Origin: an uncultured virus (IMG/VR IMGVR_UViG_3300030116_004023)
Lineage: Duplodnaviria; Heunggongvirae; Uroviricota; Caudoviricetes
Length of the DNA: 64,000 nt
IMG/VR virus record: IMGVR_UViG_3300030116_004023
Direction: 5' to 3' (one strand)
The position numbers and the translations under genes are program-made. Below, piece by piece: positions 58,289 to 64,000 of this stretch. The notes under the pieces are model-generated. The model was not told the origin of the DNA. It saw only the letters and a list, made by a program, of their open reading frames with translations, and did not search any database. The stretch's first letter is position 1. Each line of letters starts with the position of its first letter.

Positions 58289-58558
58289 TTAGTTTTCCCA
58301 ATCATCATTCCAATCGCTTCTTTTAGTCCAAGTACCACTGTCGTAGTCATACTTGTCTCCAAAATAATCTGACGGGGCATTAGTTACATTTTCAACTATC
58401 GTAGAGTTACCACTATGTAAGTCTCCAATTATTAGCTCTGGTGGGTCTCCTACTATTATTTGGTCAGATGTAACAGTTAATGTTTTATTGTCTGGGTAAA
58501 GATATTTTACTCGTTTAGTTTGTTCTGCTACTCCAGATGAAATTATTATTTTACTCAT
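58289..58558 (-). CDS. Tail fibre-associated small protein
   Basis: Paralog of 55167..55493. Confidence 0.65.
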   Translation of the reverse strand: MSKIIISSGVAEQTKRVKYLYPDNKTLTVTSDQIIVGDPPELIIGDLHSGNSTIVENVTNAPSDYFGDKYDYDSGTWTKRSDWNDDWEN

Positions 58559-58568
58559 TTATTCTCTC

Positions 58569-61157
58569 CTAATCTGTATTATTTACTCTGGGTGGATTTA
58601 CTAATAATGTAGTTGCCGTAAGTGCCTTCCCTGCAAATACTGAACCAGATGTAGTTGATAATGCTCCAGCAGAGTCTACATAATACTCTGTTCCAATCGT
58701 CAAAGAGCTTTGCCCTGTAGCTACACCACCCGTAGTAGTAATAGTACCAGAAGCATCGTCAGAAATTGCATCATTTGCAAACCCAATAAAGGAACTAGCA
58801 TTTTTTGCTAGCGTTGGTACCAAAACAAAAACTCCTGTATCTCCTGTTGTACTCTTATATGAAATAACGGTTCTATTTGAATTGGTGTCATAAATAGCAT
58901 CTACATACTCTACGTTCCCTCCACCAGTTACACTGGCTCGAGCGTGGATTCTAGTTCGTGCCTCTACATTATAAGTAGCACTTGAACCTGTACCAGAAAT
59001 TGTTCCTACGGTACCTAGTATTCCATTCTGACCATGAATAAAAATAACTTTTTGGTTGTCAGGGTCATAAACACCAGATACAAAATTCCCCATAGTTGTG
59101 TCATCTGAGGTATCTTCTATAAGAACATGTTGTCCTGCCGTAATAGTTCCTGAAGCACTAGTAAACACCCAAGCTTCAAATTGACTACTCAAGCCTTGAT
59201 GACTAGCTACATTTATATTTTTATCTGGGTCATGAATAAGAATGCCACCATTCCCAGCAGTTGTTATTTCGTTATCGTTAGTTAATCGTACAGCTGTTCC
59301 TCCTGTTATTGAGTTGTCTGAACTATCTATTGTCAATGCTCTAGCATAAGGATAATTACTATCTTCTGTGTTTCTATAAAGTATCATAACTTTATTATCG
59401 TTTGAGTCAAAACAAAGCATGGGGATTTCTGTAGCAGGAGTAATATATAATTTGCTCCCAGCACTTTGAATATCATTATCAGTACTTCCTCGAACAGTAA
59501 ATGCTTGAACTACACATTTGTTAGAATCATCCGCATCCTCGTAAGAAACCAAAACTCTATTAGCATTTGAATCAAACACACTAATAACTTCTTTATTGGA
59601 ATTATCTACTGATTGAGCACTGCCTTTTGAGATTGTGTTAGTACTTGTATTATCTACTTCCCACACAACAGCTCTTATACCGGAAGATGTAGGATATGTA
59701 GAAACAAATCTATCTACATTTGTATCATATACCATGCCTCTAAATTCATTGGTAACAGCGGCACTTTCAAGAACCACTGCGGTACCAAAAGATACATCCC
59801 CAGCAGATGCATCTGTTATCCCCCCTACAATTGCCGTTGGGTAGTTACTATTACCACCATCTCTATATGTTATACCAATCTTGTTGTTGTCTGGGTCAAA
59901 AGCCATTGATTTATAATAGACTTGGTCTGTTTCAATCTCAGTTGCGTTGGGACTAGAAGCGGTTCCAAAAGCTTTCCCTGTTTGGAGGGATTCAGTTGTT
60001 TCTACATCTCCATCACTACGAAGTGAAACTCTATCTCCAGCTGAAATATTCCCGTTAGCTGTAGCCGTGAAGCTACCACCACCTCCACCAATATATGTTG
60101 AAATATCAGATGCTGGTATTTGCTTAGTAGTTGTACCATCAATTACAATAAATGCGTCTGCATCGGCAAGAGTAATTGAAGAAGTAGATTTAGCAGAACC
60201 ATCTAAAAGATTTAGCTCTGCAGCAGTAGATGTAATATTAGTTCCCCCAATATCAAGCGTAGTTGCTGATAGTTCACCAGCTACTGTTACTATATTTCCA
60301 CTAGCAGTTAATGTTATTAAATCTTCATCGCCCACAGGACCAATTGTACCTGTAGTTTTTATTACTAACCCACCATCGTCTATAGTTAGTATATCTGTAC
60401 CATCTATGTCGAATACCATCTTACCGTGGTCGGCAGTTCCTGACGCTGTCGCAGTAGAAAAATGTACTTCCTCTGCAGTCTTGTTTGAACTACCATTAAG
60501 TACTTCTATCTTCAAAGCCTCTGTGGCACTTGTACCTATACTAAAAGAAGCATCTGCATTATTATTATCGTCAAATAAAGTTATATCCCCATAAGTTAAT
60601 GCTAAAGTGTTTGACACAGTACCCATAGCAGTAACACCTGCTAACGTAGTAATATTAGGTTGAGAGGCTGTTGAAATTGTAGCGGCTAAGTTTCCCCCAG
60701 CAATTGTTAAAGTATTGCTAGAGTGAGTTAGTGTCACGTCACCATTATTGAAATTGATTACAGAGCCATCTGCTAAGAAAAGGTCTGACCACATAAGGCT
60801 TGTTGTACCCAATGCAGTTCCGTCACTACTTCCCGGTGATAAACTGTTTTCTGCCAGTTCAACTTCTTTTACATTGTTTGCATAAAAATTAATTTTATTA
60901 TTATCTTCAAAATCAATTTTAGTTTCGTTGTCTTCACCAATTTTTATATCAGTTGCTAATAAAGATGTTATTGTTGTTTGTGCAGCATCAACGTTTAAAG
61001 TGTTAGTTGATAGAGTAACACCATTTCCAGCACTAAAGGCTGTCTTAGACATAGCTATAGCAGCTGAAGCGTTTATATCAGCATTTACTATTACACCATC
61101 TGTTATGTCATCTGAAGATAGAGCAACTCTAGTAGGTTTTTTACCAACGAATCCCAA
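58569..61157 (-). CDS. Tail fibre/receptor-binding protein 2
   Basis: First ~155 aa nearly identical to 55505..58261; TTG start with GGAGG RBS. Confidence 0.8.
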   Translation of the reverse strand: MGFVGKKPTRVALSSDDITDGVIVNADINASAAIAMSKTAFSAGNGVTLSTNTLNVDAAQTTITSLLATDIKIGEDNETKIDFEDNNKINFYANNVKEVELAENSLSPGSSDGTALGTTSLMWSDLFLADGSVINFNNGDVTLTHSSNTLTIAGGNLAATISTASQPNITTLAGVTAMGTVSNTLALTYGDITLFDDNNNADASFSIGTSATEALKIEVLNGSSNKTAEEVHFSTATASGTADHGKMVFDIDGTDILTIDDGGLVIKTTGTIGPVGDEDLITLTASGNIVTVAGELSATTLDIGGTNITSTAAELNLLDGSAKSTSSITLADADAFIVIDGTTTKQIPASDISTYIGGGGGSFTATANGNISAGDRVSLRSDGDVETTESLQTGKAFGTASSPNATEIETDQVYYKSMAFDPDNNKIGITYRDGGNSNYPTAIVGGITDASAGDVSFGTAVVLESAAVTNEFRGMVYDTNVDRFVSTYPTSSGIRAVVWEVDNTSTNTISKGSAQSVDNSNKEVISVFDSNANRVLVSYEDADDSNKCVVQAFTVRGSTDNDIQSAGSKLYITPATEIPMLCFDSNDNKVMILYRNTEDSNYPYARALTIDSSDNSITGGTAVRLTNDNEITTAGNGGILIHDPDKNINVASHQGLSSQFEAWVFTSASGTITAGQHVLIEDTSDDTTMGNFVSGVYDPDNQKVIFIHGQNGILGTVGTISGTGSSATYNVEARTRIHARASVTGGGNVEYVDAIYDTNSNRTVISYKSTTGDTGVFVLVPTLAKNASSFIGFANDAISDDASGTITTTGGVATGQSSLTIGTEYYVDSAGALSTTSGSVFAGKALTATTLLVNPPRVNNTD

Positions 61158-61169
61158 TGTCTAGTCCTC

Positions 61170-61496
61170 CTATGTACTTATGTCACCAACAACACTACAC
61201 CATACATCTAGTGAGCTTGCTGTGTCGGTATCTACTTTTAAGGCATCTCCATTTGCTAAAACAAATCTACTACCACCATCAATTAGTTCTAAGGAAGAAC
61301 CTGTAGGTATTGAAACCTGTTTAATTAAATAATAATCGGCACTACTTACAGTAACAAAAGCATCTACTACAATAGTACCTGAATGAATGTTGGTTAATCT
61401 TAAGCTAACAACTGCATCATCACCATCTGCAGTGAATACAGTTGCCCCTGAAGTTCCTACACTTCTTTGTATATGTCTTTCAAAATCTTGTGCCAT
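61170..61496 (-). CDS. Small beta-rich virion protein
   Basis: YLIKQVSIP.GSSLELIDGG...L..GD.LKV pattern common in marine phage fibre regions. Confidence 0.6.
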   Translation of the reverse strand: MAQDFERHIQRSVGTSGATVFTADGDDAVVSLRLTNIHSGTIVVDAFVTVSSADYYLIKQVSIPTGSSLELIDGGSRFVLANGDALKVDTDTASSLDVWCSVVGDIST

Positions 61497-61541
61497 TTAT
61501 TTCTCCTATAGTATATTATACTATCATAAATACTAAAAATT

Positions 61542-63998
61542 CTATAGTGCTATTGCCATTGCTGTAGCAAATCCTTTTGAAGCCGCCGTAGAGTTTATAT
61601 GTGTTGTCAATGTATCTAAGCCTACTTTCTTCAATGTTCCACCATCTGAATATAATAATTCATCTGCATCTGCTAATCCTGATGATATTTCTGTTTGTCC
61701 TGAAATTACATTGTCATTTAGCATTCCAGATTCTACAGCATCATTTGCTATTGTTACAGCACCACTAGATGATAAAGTTACATCTCCACTTACAGCTACT
61801 GGATTATAGTTTGTGTCATCACCTACTAAAATATGCCCAGCAGTATTTGTGTTCATAAACAAATCATCACCAGTAATAGTCAAGTCTCCTGTTATAGATA
61901 CTCCACTATCATTGATTTCCATTTGGTCGGTGCCATCAATATCAAACACCATCTTTCCGTGGTTTGCTGTACTAGAAGCAGTTGCTGTTGAGAAATGTAT
62001 TTCTTCAGCAGTTTTATTAGAGCTTCCATTTAGCACTTCAATACTAAGAGACTCTGTTGCTGATGTTCCTAGTTTTAGTGAAACATCGGCATTGTTAGCA
62101 TCTTCGTATATAGTTAAATCACCACCAGTTAATGCAGTAATAGCTTGCGAAGAATCAACAGCAATAACAGAGTTAGTTGCAGTTAATCCTGTACCAGCAA
62201 ATAGTGTAGCTACGTCTGCTATGTTTTCTTTAGCGTGGCTTCCTGTAGCTCCACCATCTAAGAATAATATATAGTCCCCATTAGCAATTGCAGCTTCTCC
62301 AGCTTCTGTTAAGTCAACGTCTACTTGGTCGGCTTGAACATCAATTAAGTTACCAGCAGCAACATTTAGGGTGACATCTCCGTCTGTTCCCCCACCTGTT
62401 AATCCTGTACCAGCAACTACGCTTGTTATATCACCATCTATTGCTGTTCCATTAATTCTAAATGTTTTTCCTGATGCTAAATTTATTCCTGAATCATCAA
62501 TATCAAAAATGTCTGTACCATCTACATTAAATGTGAACTTACCATGGTCACTAGTACTCGATGCTGTTGCGGTTGAAAAAGTAACTGACTCAGCTGTTTT
62601 ATTACTACTACCATTAAGAACTTCTATGCTTAGAGCTTCCGTAGCACTCGTACCCATTTTTAAAGATACATCAGCGTTATTTGCATCTTCATATATTGTT
62701 AAGTCACCACCTGTAAGTGCTGTAATAGCTTGTGAAGCATCCACACCTATTACTGAAGAAGATGCCGTCAAACCTGTCCCTGCAAACAATGTTGCTAAAT
62801 CTGCAACAGCTTCTTTTTTAGTAGCATTACTATCATTAGCATCTATAAAAGCTATACTATCGCCATCAGCTATAGCACCTGCAGAAAGAGAATTTAAACT
62901 GTCTCCAGTTACAATATCTGTTCCATTTACTGAAAAAGTTAAACCTGAACCTATATCAATACCGCCATCATCAATAGTAAGTATATCAGTTCCGTCAACA
63001 TCAAAAACCATCTTACCATGATTAGCTGTAGAAGAAGCTGTAGCGGTACTAAAGTGTACCTCTTCAGCAGTCTTGTTGCTACTACCGTTGAGCACTTGTA
63101 TTGTCAAAGACTCAGTAGCACTTGTTCCCATTGTTAGTTTTACATCTGCATTATTTGCATCTTCAAATATATCTAAGTCACTTCCTAAAGATTTATTGGT
63201 AAGCGTTTGTGTAGCTACTGTACTTACAAGCTCGCCATTACCACCGGCTGGAAGTGTAAGAGTATTTGTTACTCCAGCACTATGTGGTTGTGCTTGTACT
63301 GTTTGAGCGTGAGCGTTTGATGACTCACAATAAAATAAAACTTTAGCTACAGAACCTGTCCCTGTTCTAATGTCTATTGTTCCATCAGATATACTAATAC
63401 CTCCGGAACTTCCATTACCATCCATAACAACTTTACCTGAACCATTTGGTAACAAACTAATATTACCATTTGATGTAGATACAATGTCGTTACTATTTAC
63501 ATCTAAATCTCCACCTAATTGAGGTGTGGTGTCTTCTGAAACGTTTGAAAGAGCTGAAGATGTGGCTAATCCAGATACAATAGCTGACCGAGTAATTTTT
63601 TTCAGTCCTCCGCCAGATGTATCAATTGCTATAAAAACATCATCATTTGCTACTGAAGAAATTTCTGATAGACTTGCAATATTTGAAATATTAGATGCTG
63701 CTAACGAACCACTAAGAACAGTGGATGTAAGTGTACCACTTGATGGATTGTATGTTAAATTACCATCGGATTCTAATCCAAGGTTACCTCCATCAACATC
63801 CCCGCCTGCTGTAAATACAACTGCATTATCTTCATCAGTACTTTCATTATCTGTAATAGTTACAGTAGTTGCTATACTAGCAGTCCCTGTAACATTTCCT
63901 GTTAAATTACCAGAAAAAGTAGTAGATGTAAGAGTCCCACTTGACGGATTATATGTTAGGTTCCCATCAGACTCTAGTCCAAGATTTCCTCCGTCAAC
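61542..63998 (-). CDS. Long repetitive tail fibre protein, 5'-truncated by the window edge
   Basis: Frame stays open from 63455 to 63998 (VDGGNLGLESDGNLTYNPSSG...TTPQLGGDLDVN); ends ATAMAIAL. Confidence 0.8.
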   Translation of the reverse strand, partial: VDGGNLGLESDGNLTYNPSSGTLTSTTFSGNLTGNVTGTASIATTVTITDNESTDEDNAVVFTAGGDVDGGNLGLESDGNLTYNPSSGTLTSTVLSGSLAASNISNIASLSEISSVANDDVFIAIDTSGGGLKKITRSAIVSGLATSSALSNVSEDTTPQLGGDLDVNSNDIVSTSNGNISLLPNGSGKVVMDGNGSSGGISISDGTIDIRTGTGSVAKVLFYCESSNAHAQTVQAQPHSAGVTNTLTLPAGGNGELVSTVATQTLTNKSLGSDLDIFEDANNADVKLTMGTSATESLTIQVLNGSSNKTAEEVHFSTATASSTANHGKMVFDVDGTDILTIDDGGIDIGSGLTFSVNGTDIVTGDSLNSLSAGAIADGDSIAFIDANDSNATKKEAVADLATLFAGTGLTASSSVIGVDASQAITALTGGDLTIYEDANNADVSLKMGTSATEALSIEVLNGSSNKTAESVTFSTATASSTSDHGKFTFNVDGTDIFDIDDSGINLASGKTFRINGTAIDGDITSVVAGTGLTGGGTDGDVTLNVAAGNLIDVQADQVDVDLTEAGEAAIANGDYILFLDGGATGSHAKENIADVATLFAGTGLTATNSVIAVDSSQAITALTGGDLTIYEDANNADVSLKLGTSATESLSIEVLNGSSNKTAEEIHFSTATASSTANHGKMVFDIDGTDQMEINDSGVSITGDLTITGDDLFMNTNTAGHILVGDDTNYNPVAVSGDVTLSSSGAVTIANDAVESGMLNDNVISGQTEISSGLADADELLYSDGGTLKKVGLDTLTTHINSTAASKGFATAMAIAL

Positions 63999-64000
63999 AT

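Larger units (their letters stand above)
18667..61523 (-). promoter_or_regulatory. Family of putative late promoters, consensus TAGTATAATA
   Basis: Intergenic copies at 18667, 24073, 24883, 29793, 53261, 55146, 58281, 61514 (variants at 12969, 18249); no TTGACA at -35. Confidence 0.7.

Noticed and set aside
55505..61157. Duplicated fibre segments as DGR template/variable repeats or an invertible shufflon
   Set aside because: No reverse transcriptase or invertase in the window; differences are not adenine-specific and the repeats are direct and in frame.
56862..63021. Long plus-strand ORFs (56862, 59947, 61813, 62371) and other plus-strand ORFs
   Set aside because: Antisense shadows of codon-biased minus-strand genes, with no RBS or recognisable motifs.
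1..64000. Stop-codon reassignment, tRNA genes, introns or inteins
   Set aside because: Core genes are intact under the standard code, and no cloverleaf or splice/intein signatures were seen by eye.

Overview
AT-rich segment of a tailed dsDNA bacteriophage (siphovirus-like: tail tube, short tape measure, no sheath seen), with all credible genes on the minus strand. In transcription order (right to left): modular tail fibres; neck and tail genes; phage sigma factor; replication/recombination module (DnaB, primase, SSB, PolA, RecA, Cas4-like exonuclease, RuvC-like resolvase); terminase; class II RNR; portal; head genes; a cluster of small membrane proteins; a regulatory junction at about 14.6-16.2 kb; and a ~14 kb array of small unknown (probably early) genes. 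No integrase, tRNA or CRISPR array was seen. Main unexplained signals: (1) about 20 copies of AAAACTAGCTAGGATTAG punctuate the early gene array at stop/RBS junctions and flank its promoters; (2) palindrome avoidance switches near 14-16 kb (GATC tolerated left, nearly absent right; GCNGC/GGNCC/CCNGG not seen left); (3) the junction holds an AGAAC-N4-GTTCT LexA box, a boxA-like element, a 30-bp alternating purine/pyrimidine tract and oriented GGTTCCCT repeats; (4) the prohead protease carries a HiPIP-like 4-Cys domain and a U-UUU-UUA -1 frameshift with a 3' hairpin adding 44 aa; (5) an unannotated 13-Cys metallothionein-like ORF. A Chloroflexota (Dehalococcoidia/SAR202-like) host is an inference only. 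All motif counts were made by eye and family names come from motif recognition, not database searches.
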